In this document: positions 1-8,540 of the stretch, in pieces | Numbering within the stretch: position 1 is the stretch's first letter | Layout of the letters: every line of letters begins with the position of its first letter | Origin: a virus | Taxonomy: Duplodnaviria; Caudoviricetes | Length of the DNA stretch: 31,450 nt | Virus record (IMG/VR): IMGVR_UViG_3300017774_005258 | Location: 1 to 31,450 of that record | Reading direction: 5' to 3' (one strand) | Notes under the pieces: model-generated | Database searches by the model: none | Seen by the model: only the letters and a program-made list of their open reading frames with translations | What the model was told of the DNA's origin: nothing | Made by a program: the position numbers and the translations under genes

Positions 1-2199
1 GACCAAGAACGAAAAGGTTTGGTTGAGTTCTTCAACATTATCGATGAACTTAAACCATCAATTATTGGTGGATACAATTCGGCAAACTTTGACTGGTTTT
101 GGATATTTGAGAGATGTAAAGCTCTTAACTTAGATATCAAAAAGATATCTAAATCACTAAACCCGGTAAGACCTATATCTCAAAAGGATGGAATGTTAAA
201 ACTTGCGAATGAGGTGGAGAGATTCTCACAAACTCAATTGTGGGGTTATAATGTTATTGACATTATTCATTCAGTTCGTAGAGCACAAGCAATAAATTCA
301 AGTATTAAGTCCGCAGGTCTTAAATACATTACCCAATATATAAAAGCAGAATCTCCTGACCGAGTTTATATTGACCACTTAGATATTGGTCCAATGTATG
401 CTAAAAAAGAGGAGTATTGGTTAAATGTTGAGAACGGAAAATATAAGAAAGCGGACAATCCGGCATTTGATAATTTAGATACAAGATTCCCCGGTAAATA
501 CTTAAAGGTTACAGGAGATAATATTGTAGAGAGATATCTTGACGATGACTTAGAGGAGACGTTGACAGTGGATGATGAATTCAACCAAGGGACGTTTCTA
601 TTAGCATCGATGGTACCAACAACATACGAGAGAGTTTCCACAATGGGGACAGCAACGATTTGGAGGATGATAATGTTGGCTTTTTCTTATAAACATAATT
701 TAGCAATACCCCAAAAAGAAGAGAAGACCGACTTCGTTGGAGGACTTTCTAGGTTACTTAAAGTTGGTTACTCTACTGATGTATTAAAACTCGATTATTC
801 TTCCTTATATCCCTCCATTCAACTAACTCACGATGTATTTCCTGAGTGCGATGTAATGGGGGGAATGAAAGGAATGTTGGCTTACTTCCGTAACGCTCGT
901 ATTATGTATAAAAACTTGGCGTCAGAGTATAAATCTATTGACCCAAAAAAATCATTATCCTATGACCGTAAACAACTCCCTCTGAAGATTTTTATAAACT
1001 CATTATTTGGTGGATTAAGCGCTCCTCACGTATACGAATGGGGGGAAATGAATTGCGGTGAAAAAATTACTTGTACCGGAAGACAATACCTTCGTCAGAT
1101 GGTTAAATACTTTGTTAAGAGGGGTTATACACCTTTGGTGCTTGATACTGATGGTGTGAATTTTAGCTTACCCCAAGGTGGAGTTGATGATAGAGTTTAT
1201 ATTGGAAAAGGATTGAATTGGTTGGTTAAAGAGGGTAAAGAATATAGAGGTTATTATGCCGACACTGCAGAATATAATGATTTATTTATGAAAGGAGCCC
1301 AAGGGTTAGATTGCGATGGGACTTGGGATTCCTGTATCAATTTAAGTAGAAAAAATTATGCTACGATGGAGTCTAATGGTAAAATTAAATTAACGGGTAA
1401 TTCAATTAAATCTAAAAAATTACCACTGTATATTGAGGTATTTTTAGATAAAGGGGTGAGATTATTGTTGGAGGGTAAAGGTCAAGAATTTATTGAGTGG
1501 TATTTTGAGTATCACCAAAGAATATACGACCAACAAATACCATTAAAACAAATTGCTCAAAGAGCAAGAGTTAAATTATCTGTTGATGATTACAAAAAAC
1601 GATGTGGTATGAAAACAAAGGCGGGTTCATTAATGTCACGCATGAGTCACATGGAATTAGTAATTAAACATAACTTAAAAGTATCATTAGGTGATGTTAT
1701 TAGTTATGTTAATAATGGAACTAAAGCCTCCCACGGAGACGTTCAAAAAATAACAAAAAACAATTACACTAAAAAAGAGTTAGATTTATTTACATCTGTG
1801 AATGGTGTGGAACCAGAAGATAAGTCAACATCAACAATACAACTTAATTGTTATCTGTTAGACCAAACCGAAATTGAGAATAATCCCGATTTAACGGGTG
1901 ACTATAATATCGCAAGAGCAATCTCAACATTTAATAAAAAGGTTGAACCATTATTGATTGTTTTTAATAAGGAATTAAGAGAAAGTTTATTAATCGCTAA
2001 TCCGGAAGATAGAGGGTTTTTCACTAAGACTCAATGTGAATTAATTGGTGGTGTTCCAAATAAAGATGCCGACCAAGATACAATTGAGGATTTATTAACT
2101 ATAACTGATTTAGAGTTAAAATTTTGGGATAAAGTCGGTGTTAGTCCTGACTATATTTATGATTTAGCGGAAGAAGGTTGGGAAGAACATATTAACTAA
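1..2199 (+). CDS. polB: Family B DNA polymerase with 3'-5' exonuclease (5'-truncated by window edge)
   Basis: The frame is open from base 1 (GAC CAA GAA CGA...), so the true start is upstream. Motifs: ExoII GYNSANFDW, ExoIII YLDDDLEET, region II LDYSSLYPSI, region III KQLPLKIFINSLFG, region I LDTDG, and RKNY. Confidence 0.95.
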   Translation, partial: DQERKGLVEFFNIIDELKPSIIGGYNSANFDWFWIFERCKALNLDIKKISKSLNPVRPISQKDGMLKLANEVERFSQTQLWGYNVIDIIHSVRRAQAINSSIKSAGLKYITQYIKAESPDRVYIDHLDIGPMYAKKEEYWLNVENGKYKKADNPAFDNLDTRFPGKYLKVTGDNIVERYLDDDLEETLTVDDEFNQGTFLLASMVPTTYERVSTMGTATIWRMIMLAFSYKHNLAIPQKEEKTDFVGGLSRLLKVGYSTDVLKLDYSSLYPSIQLTHDVFPECDVMGGMKGMLAYFRNARIMYKNLASEYKSIDPKKSLSYDRKQLPLKIFINSLFGGLSAPHVYEWGEMNCGEKITCTGRQYLRQMVKYFVKRGYTPLVLDTDGVNFSLPQGGVDDRVYIGKGLNWLVKEGKEYRGYYADTAEYNDLFMKGAQGLDCDGTWDSCINLSRKNYATMESNGKIKLTGNSIKSKKLPLYIEVFLDKGVRLLLEGKGQEFIEWYFEYHQRIYDQQIPLKQIAQRARVKLSVDDYKKRCGMKTKAGSLMSRMSHMELVIKHNLKVSLGDVISYVNNGTKASHGDVQKITKNNYTKKELDLFTSVNGVEPEDKSTSTIQLNCYLLDQTEIENNPDLTGDYNIARAISTFNKKVEPLLIVFNKELRESLLIANPEDRGFFTKTQCELIGGVPNKDADQDTIEDLLTITDLELKFWDKVGVSPDYIYDLAEEGWEEHIN

Positions 2200-2204
2200 A
2201 ATAG

Positions 2205-2235
2205 AAAAGGTGTCATATTCGACACCTTTTTTTTT
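2205..2235. terminator. Intrinsic terminator, probably bidirectional, between convergent genes
   Basis: AAAAGGTGTC-atattc-GACACCTTTT perfect stem followed by more T's, with an A-run on the 5' side. It lies between the polB stop (2199) and the stop of the minus-strand ORF (2234). Confidence 0.85.
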
Positions 2236-2578
2236 ATTCTAATTTTAATCCATCAGATGAAATTATATACCAGTTCCCATCCACTCTAAAGAACTCAACC
2301 GCGGCACCTTTATCAATAAGTATTTCGTCATATTGTTCATCAATTTGACCCATCATAGGTAAAATTAATACTTTTGTTAAGGTTTTAATTACAATATGTT
2401 CTGTAGTATTTTGGTCTAGTAAAACTCTACAAGTATCAACACTTTTAACTAAAATGAATTCTTCACCATTAGTTCTGTACTCAGGAATTTCAACAACTTT
2501 AATAGGTGGTTGATTTGGTATATTGGACATTGACCCAAATATTTTTTTTCCAACAATTTTTCTTGTTATAAATGTCAT
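2234..2578 (-). CDS. Hypothetical protein, beta-rich, possibly virion-associated
   Basis: 114-aa ORF 5 nt downstream of the neck gene. The C-terminal 'QIDE...ILI...AVEF...GNWYII' pattern resembles small beta-sandwich modules of phage structural proteins (inference). Confidence 0.65.
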   Translation of the reverse strand: MTFITRKIVGKKIFGSMSNIPNQPPIKVVEIPEYRTNGEEFILVKSVDTCRVLLDQNTTEHIVIKTLTKVLILPMMGQIDEQYDEILIDKGAAVEFFRVDGNWYIISSDGLKLE

Positions 2579-2583
2579 ATAAA

Positions 2584-3708
2584 TTAAATTACATATATTT
2601 GTCTTGGCATTGCTCTGAACTTTAATTGTTTGTTAAGATTCTCAGCTAATAATGCTTCACGTTCCATAACTTTATCAGGTCGTAATCTTGTCAGTTTACC
2701 TTCAGCACCAATAAGTTCTTCTATAAGTTTGGTTTTTTCATCTTTAGCTTCTGTTGCTAATGATGTATAATCCATTGTTAATTCACTATCAGGTGTTTTG
2801 ATATTCCCACTGAATTTACCTCTAACTCTTGCTAATGTTTCTTTACAGTAAGCGGTAAACCAACGACGAATCCATACTTGAGCTGGATTGTTTAAATCAA
2901 CCCAATCAATTGTCTCTAATGGAACATCTGATGGTAGCTTGATAATATCCGGATTATCCTTTAAACATTTATCTCTATCGGCAGGTCCGGCATCATAATA
3001 CCAATACCACACGCGTCCCCTCATCATAGTTCCATTTCCAAAATCAAACTTACCCCCCGGTGTTTGCATTAAATGTAATGCTTTTTTACCTTCAGGTAAA
3101 GCGGTAATTCTATATGTTAAATCTCCACCAATAATTCTTCTCTGTATATTTGTTTCTTGCATTCTTAATAACATATCGAAAGCGGGCATCATAAAGTATG
3201 ACCCCGACATACCCATTTGAGAGAACCCTCCTGCCCCTCCAAAACCACCACCAGCAAAACCACCAGCAAAAGAAAATGGGTCAAAAAGTAAACTATTACG
3301 TTCCGCGTCTGAATACCACATAATCTCATTTATTTCTCTACCCGCAGGTATTTCATAGATTTGTTGGCCTCTAACTAATTCAATATAATCTTTTTTAAGT
3401 TCCCAATCACCTCCGGCTTGTAGTCCAACAATTTTGGAATAAGCATAGGTATAACGAGTTTCATAATCTAAACTTTTAGTTATGAAGGCTCTTGATAAGG
3501 ATTGAGTGTCTAAATTTAAGTTTGCCAATGAAGTCCATTGTGATTCCACTAACCAGTCTTGAATATATTGTGAGTAGTCACCAATTGATAACTCTAACAA
3601 ACTATCCATTTGTTCGTCTTCAAGTTCCACTGAACGAAGTGGTGCCCCCAACAGGTGTCTAATTCTTGTATAGAGTTTGGTTCTTTCCGGTTCTGCGATA
3701 ATTGCCAT
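2584..3708 (-). CDS. Neck / head-tail adaptor protein (T4 gp13-like)
   Basis: N-terminal 'RIRHLLGAPLRSVELEDEQMD' and C-terminal 'WIRRWFTAYCKETLARVRGKFSG..LTMD..L..EAKDEK..LIEEL' match the gp13-like neck pattern. It has a Gly/Phe-rich internal loop. Confidence 0.8.
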   Translation of the reverse strand: MAIIAEPERTKLYTRIRHLLGAPLRSVELEDEQMDSLLELSIGDYSQYIQDWLVESQWTSLANLNLDTQSLSRAFITKSLDYETRYTYAYSKIVGLQAGGDWELKKDYIELVRGQQIYEIPAGREINEIMWYSDAERNSLLFDPFSFAGGFAGGGFGGAGGFSQMGMSGSYFMMPAFDMLLRMQETNIQRRIIGGDLTYRITALPEGKKALHLMQTPGGKFDFGNGTMMRGRVWYWYYDAGPADRDKCLKDNPDIIKLPSDVPLETIDWVDLNNPAQVWIRRWFTAYCKETLARVRGKFSGNIKTPDSELTMDYTSLATEAKDEKTKLIEELIGAEGKLTRLRPDKVMEREALLAENLNKQLKFRAMPRQIYVI

Positions 3709-3725
3709 ATAGATTTGTGTTTCTA

Positions 3726-3733
3726 TATAAATA
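3726..3733 (-). promoter_or_regulatory. Putative late promoter motif TATTTATA for the neck gene
   Basis: The minus strand reads GATATTTATATAG, 17 nt upstream of ATG 3708. The same motif precedes the plus-strand structural genes. Confidence 0.55.
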
Positions 3734-4549
3734 TCATCTAAGAGTATAAATTAAATTCTGTTTGTTAAAAACAAAATTACCATCAACAATTTTTGAGTTT
3801 TTATTATCAAACACTAAAATTTCTTTATCATTCTTTGAGAAGATTAACCAATCAGTTTTATATTTTTTAACATTACCGGCACCCATAACAAATGTTAAAT
3901 TTTGTTCCCCGATTAAATGTGTGAATGGTTTAATTTGTGCGGTTATTTCAGACCCATTTATTGTTATGATAGTATCAATACCACCAACCATATCCTGAGT
4001 ACTACCAAGTTTTCCGATAGGTTTTACATTATTTTCACCAAATTGTTTTTTAAGTAAAACAATTGTATTGTCTTCACGTTTTTGTCCCCAAGCGTGAGTT
4101 TGACCTAACACAAACATTATGGTTTGAAATGTTGATGAGTCGGTATTAAATATTCTGTCTTTATATTCGGAAATAAATAAATTTAATCTATGAACTTGTG
4201 TTATTTGGTTTTGAGTTGATTGATAATTAAAAATAATTGTAGGCTGTTGCATTGCGGATAGAACTTTATTAACGTCCCTTAACAATACACTAAACGCACT
4301 ATAATTTGTGTTAAGTTTATTGATTACTGAACGACCGGACATTTCAAAATCGTAGATACCATATGATTCACCGGGGGAGTATTCATTTTTATTTTTGTAG
4401 TATTCGTGGAATACTTCTTTAAGAACTTTATTAATATTATCTTTGAAAAGATTTTTAACCGTTGGGTTATTGTTGAATAATAATCTACATTCTTCTACTT
4501 CTTTTGGAGTACATTTTGAAACTTTTTCAGTTGGTATTTCAAGTGTCAT
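3734..4549 (-). CDS. Putative PD-(D/E)xK-fold nuclease (probable start ATG 4549, not TTG 4570)
   Basis: C-terminal half contains 'GQKRED...QDMVGGIDTII...TAQIKPF', an E...D...QxK arrangement typical of restriction-endonuclease-like folds. The start was moved because 4570 lies inside the promoter -7 box. Confidence 0.55.
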   Translation of the reverse strand: MTLEIPTEKVSKCTPKEVEECRLLFNNNPTVKNLFKDNINKVLKEVFHEYYKNKNEYSPGESYGIYDFEMSGRSVINKLNTNYSAFSVLLRDVNKVLSAMQQPTIIFNYQSTQNQITQVHRLNLFISEYKDRIFNTDSSTFQTIMFVLGQTHAWGQKREDNTIVLLKKQFGENNVKPIGKLGSTQDMVGGIDTIITINGSEITAQIKPFTHLIGEQNLTFVMGAGNVKKYKTDWLIFSKNDKEILVFDNKNSKIVDGNFVFNKQNLIYTLR

Positions 4550-4567
4550 AATTTTTAATTTAAGGGA

Positions 4568-4598
4568 CAAAAATACAAAAATATATTAAACTGCCAAA
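4568..4598 (-). promoter_or_regulatory. Bacteroidota-type housekeeping sigma promoter (-33 TTTG / -7 TAnnTTTG)
   Basis: Minus strand: TTTG (4598-4595), 19-nt spacer, TATTTTTG (4575-4568), then 18 nt to ATG 4549. This matches the known Bacteroidota consensus. Confidence 0.7.
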
Positions 4599-4603
4599 TT
4601 TTT

Positions 4604-6403
4604 TTAGACATTATTTATTTTATTCATAATATTTGCGATAAAATCTCCTTTATCTTCTAAATCATCACCCATAACGGTGTTGATGTTTTGTTTTTTTTGA
4701 TTTACCATATCATAAATAATTCCTTCTATTGAATTATCAAATATTGGGTAGTAAACCGATACCGAATTTTTTTGTCCGTATCTGTATGCTCTATCTTCTG
4801 CTTGAGCCAAATCACCCGGAACAAACGATAGGTCATTAATGATTACTGCTTCAGCTGCGGTTAATGTAATTCCTACTCCGGCCGCGCGAATATTTCCAAC
4901 AAACACTTTAATCTTTTCATTATCTTGGAATTGGTCCACGGCATATTGTCGTTGAGGTTTTGATGTTGAACCATCTAATCTCACCGCTTGTTTCCCAAAA
5001 TGGTCAGCAATTTTATTTAATGTGTCAGTAAAGTTGGTAAAGATAATAACTTTTTTGTCTTGTTCTAAAATATTCTCAGCTAATTCTATGGTATCTTTGA
5101 TTTTTTCTTCGGCAATAACCTGACGAACCTTCATTAACTTACTGAACTGAACTGTTAGGGATGTTGATTCGTCCGGATTTTTATCATACCAATCATAGTA
5201 TTCTCCCATCAGTCCTTCATAAAGTTTTGATTTTAATCTTAGATAAACCGGTGTAATAATTTTCTCAGGTAAATCTAAAACGTCTGTCTTTAATCTACGT
5301 AAAACTTGTCTTGATGTCCTATCTCTTAATTCTTCCAAATTGGTTGCACCAGCAACATTCCATATTTTACGAGTTCCTGCGGTGAATTGATAACCACCAC
5401 AATATCGTATAGCATAAGCCATCCAATTTAATGCTACAGGACTTTCAACTAATGATAATAAATTAAAATAATTCATCGGTCGGTTAGTCATCGGTGTTCC
5501 GGTTAATAACCAAACTCTCTCACATTTTTTAGAAAAACTATTAACAAGTTTGGTTCTAGCTGCTTGTCCATTACTAACATAATGAGCCTCATCTAATATA
5601 ATTAAATCAAAATTACATTGTGTGATTAAAGACTCTGTTTTACCTTTGAGGTCGTAGAAGTTTTTAAGAATATCGTAATTTACAATAACAAAATCGTGCT
5701 CTATTGAAAAATTTTTACCTTCTGAGATATAAACACTTCTATCGGTATAGTTCTCAATCTCTCTTTGCCAGTTAATCTTTAAAGATGCCGGACAAACTAT
5801 TAGTATTTTCTTTGCTCCCGTTTCTAAAGCGGCAATAATCGTCGCAGTCGTCTTACCCAATCCCATATCATCTGCAAGAATAAACCTTTTAGAACCTGCA
5901 AGTTTTTCAATCGCCTCTTTTTGATGTTCTAATGGTGGACGATTAGAGTATTTTGAATAATCCACCACAACATTCTTAATTGTGTGTGTTTTGATTAAAG
6001 CACCTTTAGGTAGCCAAAATTCGTGGATGGTTTCACCCTCTAAAATTTTACCCCAAACGTGGTAGGATTTTTCTTTCTCAACTAATAGCTTTTCAACCCA
6101 TACCTGTTCGGGGATTTTTAGTAATAATTTTTCATCGGCAATCTTTTTAGCAAAATAGGGGTCTAAATCTACCCATCGTTTGGCTACCTTTGGTGTTACT
6201 TCGTAATAATTTATTATATAGTCACATTGAGACCGTGTAGGAAAAAATCTTTTGTTGGTCTCTTTTTGGTGTTTTAATTTTAGGATGTAGTTATTTGCCC
6301 CCTGATAAGTTTCAAGGAGAGATATTGCTCTTTGTTCGATTGTAAGATTAATATTTTCTGAGGGATTGTTCTCCAAAATAATTCTTTTATAGAAATATAA
6401 CAC
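4604..6403 (-). CDS. SNF2-family (SMARCAL1/HARP-like) helicase/ATPase; start uncertain (TTG 6376 plausible)
   Basis: Motifs LADDMGLGKT (I), IVCPASL (Ia), LDEAH (II), LLTGTP (III), GVGITLTAA (V), QAEDRAYRYGQ (VI). Confidence 0.93.
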   Translation of the reverse strand: MLYFYKRIILENNPSENINLTIEQRAISLLETYQGANNYILKLKHQKETNKRFFPTRSQCDYIINYYEVTPKVAKRWVDLDPYFAKKIADEKLLLKIPEQVWVEKLLVEKEKSYHVWGKILEGETIHEFWLPKGALIKTHTIKNVVVDYSKYSNRPPLEHQKEAIEKLAGSKRFILADDMGLGKTTATIIAALETGAKKILIVCPASLKINWQREIENYTDRSVYISEGKNFSIEHDFVIVNYDILKNFYDLKGKTESLITQCNFDLIILDEAHYVSNGQAARTKLVNSFSKKCERVWLLTGTPMTNRPMNYFNLLSLVESPVALNWMAYAIRYCGGYQFTAGTRKIWNVAGATNLEELRDRTSRQVLRRLKTDVLDLPEKIITPVYLRLKSKLYEGLMGEYYDWYDKNPDESTSLTVQFSKLMKVRQVIAEEKIKDTIELAENILEQDKKVIIFTNFTDTLNKIADHFGKQAVRLDGSTSKPQRQYAVDQFQDNEKIKVFVGNIRAAGVGITLTAAEAVIINDLSFVPGDLAQAEDRAYRYGQKNSVSVYYPIFDNSIEGIIYDMVNQKKQNINTVMGDDLEDKGDFIANIMNKINNV

Positions 6404-6410
6404 ATTTTAT

Positions 6411-6424
6411 AATATTTATCAATA
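6411..6424 (+). promoter_or_regulatory. Putative late promoter AATATTTATCAATA
   Basis: 14-mer identical to the one upstream of the tail sheath gene (9814-9827). It heads the plus-strand morphogenesis cluster. Confidence 0.55.
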
Positions 6425-7185
6425 TGAATCAATTTAACCTATATTATTTGTCTTGTCCAACTACTAATGAAGTTAGGTATGTTGGGATTACAACACAACC
6501 AATAAAAAATAGGTTGTTACAACATTTACGTAAACCATCAAATTATTTAATGAAAAAGTGGATAAATTCTTTAACTGATATAGGTTTAACGCCCAATATT
6601 AAGGTTATTAAAGAATGTGACTCTTATGAAGAATTATTATTATCTGAAATAAATGAGATAAAGAAAGTTAAAAATAATGGTGGTAACTTGTTAAATATTT
6701 TAGATGGTGGAGATGTAAATCCAATGTTTGGTAAATCACATAGCAATGAGACCAAAAAAATTATGTCAGAAAAAGGTAAATTAAGAGTTGGTGAGAAAAA
6801 TAATTTTTACGGTAAAAAACATTCAGAAAATTCTAAAATTAAAAGAAAAAAAACAATTAATGAGAATGGAGGGTGTTATGGTGAAAATAACTCTAACTAT
6901 AAATACAATATTGATGTTGATGTATTAAAAGATTTATATTTAAATGAAAATAAAACAATTGTTGAAATATCTAAAATTTATAATTGTCATATTAACACAA
7001 TTAATAAAAAATTACGAGCAAATAATATTTTTAAACCAAAATCAAACAAATATAACTTAGAGATTACTGAAATTATACAACATTTAAATAATGGGTTGAA
7101 TTACGTTCAAATTGGTGAAAAATATGGATGTTGTAATAAAATTATCCATAAATTTATACAGAAAAATAACATATATGTCAAATAG
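6424..7185 (+). CDS. Free-standing GIY-YIG homing endonuclease with NUMOD3 repeats and C-terminal HTH modules
   Basis: 'LYYL...RYVGIT...NRLLQH...E...GNLLN' GIY-YIG core; NUMOD3-like 'NPMFGKSHSNETKKIMS' and 'NNFYGKKHSENSK'; two HTH-like segments (TIVEISKIYNCHINTI, NYVQIGEKYGCCNKII). Confidence 0.88.
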   Translation: MNQFNLYYLSCPTTNEVRYVGITTQPIKNRLLQHLRKPSNYLMKKWINSLTDIGLTPNIKVIKECDSYEELLLSEINEIKKVKNNGGNLLNILDGGDVNPMFGKSHSNETKKIMSEKGKLRVGEKNNFYGKKHSENSKIKRKKTINENGGCYGENNSNYKYNIDVDVLKDLYLNENKTIVEISKIYNCHINTINKKLRANNIFKPKSNKYNLEITEIIQHLNNGLNYVQIGEKYGCCNKIIHKFIQKNNIYVK

Positions 7186-7690
7186 TAAAGTGCCCATCAC
7201 GAGAATTGGAAAATTTTTTGGGGCTGAAGATTTTAATTTAGAGTTATCATTTGGACAAGAATGGTTACATAATGATATGAACTTTACATTAGTTTTATAT
7301 CGTGTTGATAGATATAAAACGAAAGCCGATGACGTGTATGGAGAAACATCTGTTGATGGTATCAAATTTTTACCACCGGTTGAATTTAAAGGTTATGTTC
7401 AAATTATGGCACCTGAGAACAAATATTTGGGGACATCTAAAATAGACCAAATGGAACCGGGTAATATGAAAGTTTCTGTATATCAACGAGATTTAGATGA
7501 ATTGGAAGTGGATATTAATTATGGTGATTATATTGGTTATTACGAAACAGAAGATAAAGTAAGATACTATACGGTTAATAACGATGGAAGGGTAACTTCA
7601 GATAACAAGCATACAATCGGGGGTTACAAACCGTTTTATAGAACAATTATGGCATCACCGGTAACAAATAACGAATTTAGAGGGTTATAA
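7175..7690 (+). CDS. Head completion/neck protein (gp14-like); probable start ATG 7175 (MSNSKVPITR)
   Basis: 'TLVLYRVD...DDVYGET...F.PPVE' and 'L.ELEVDINYGDYIGY...YYTV' fit head-closure proteins. It lies upstream of a gp15-like gene and overlaps the endonuclease end by 11 nt. Confidence 0.65.
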   Translation: MSNSKVPITRIGKFFGAEDFNLELSFGQEWLHNDMNFTLVLYRVDRYKTKADDVYGETSVDGIKFLPPVEFKGYVQIMAPENKYLGTSKIDQMEPGNMKVSVYQRDLDELEVDINYGDYIGYYETEDKVRYYTVNNDGRVTSDNKHTIGGYKPFYRTIMASPVTNNEFRGL

Positions 7691-8103
7691 TGAAAGTAAT
7701 AATAACAGAAAATAGAGTATTTGAAACAATCTATAAATATTTGGATAAAACCTATAATCCAAATCAAATGGATTGGGTTTATGGTATGGATGATGCGGAA
7801 GATGAATATTCTGAGCCGAAAGAAAACGAAAATTTTTTAATGTTCTTTAAGGGTGATTGGCAAGGCGAGTATGATACTGATGTTATTTTTCATTATTTTG
7901 ATGTTGATTTCTACGATGAAAATGACCCGTCACATAAACCTTTTAGAAACCAATCCCCAATTTTAGAAGTTATTGGTGAGCACGCGGTACATTTAGATAC
8001 TATGTTTGATAACCATTGGGAAGAACCGATGAAAAAATGGTTTCAAGATAATTTTAAGTTACCGGTTAAAACAATTTCAACATATTACGATTATGAAAAT
8101 TAA
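7690..8103 (+). CDS. Hypothetical acidic protein with MKVIITE N-terminal peptide
   Basis: 137-aa ORF coupled to the previous stop (TAATG). No recognisable catalytic motif. Confidence 0.75.
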   Translation: MKVIITENRVFETIYKYLDKTYNPNQMDWVYGMDDAEDEYSEPKENENFLMFFKGDWQGEYDTDVIFHYFDVDFYDENDPSHKPFRNQSPILEVIGEHAVHLDTMFDNHWEEPMKKWFQDNFKLPVKTISTYYDYEN

Positions 8104-8539
8104 AATTAATGAGAGTCAATATAAGAAACTATTAGAAACTATCACAAATGATGAAGAAAAAAAATTCATTGGTAAAAAAGTTATGGTGTATCGTAATTTA
8201 CATAAAGATACATTTTCAATTCAATATAAATCAAGAATTGTTTTATATGCTGATTATGTTAAATTAAACGATGTTGAATTTAGAGTTAGACCGGGTGGTA
8301 ATGAAAAAGTTGGTAGAGAAAAAAAGAAAAACGTTCACGCTTTTGTTATTGGTGATTTAGAGGATTACTGCGAATACCCTTGTGGTGATATACCAAATGA
8401 ACCTAACGATAATATTGTTACATATGACCCATACAAATATAAAAGTTTTGTACTTAAATCAACTAACGAACCAATATATAATGCAAGTAAGGTAGAAATG
8501 ATAAATTCTAAAAACAAAATATTTATAACAAAACTATAA
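8093..8539 (+). CDS. Conserved-type phage hypothetical protein with MKIKINESQ N-terminal extension
   Basis: Motifs 'VYRNLHK', 'REKKKNVHAFVIG' and 'VTYDPYK' resemble a recurrent phage protein family of unknown function (recalled, not searched). Confidence 0.75.
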   Translation: MKIKINESQYKKLLETITNDEEKKFIGKKVMVYRNLHKDTFSIQYKSRIVLYADYVKLNDVEFRVRPGGNEKVGREKKKNVHAFVIGDLEDYCEYPCGDIPNEPNDNIVTYDPYKYKSFVLKSTNEPIYNASKVEMINSKNKIFITKL

Positions 8540-8540
8540 A

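Noticed and set aside
1-2199. Intein in the DNA polymerase
   Set aside because: Polymerase motifs are normally spaced and there are no intein splice motifs in the visible part.
3225-3272. Short tandem repeat AAAACCACCA(CCA)GC
   Set aside because: It encodes the Gly/Phe-rich loop (FAGGFAGGGFGG) of the neck protein.
6424-7185. Group I intron around the GIY-YIG gene
   Set aside because: There is no non-coding flank for ribozyme structure and no interrupted host gene.
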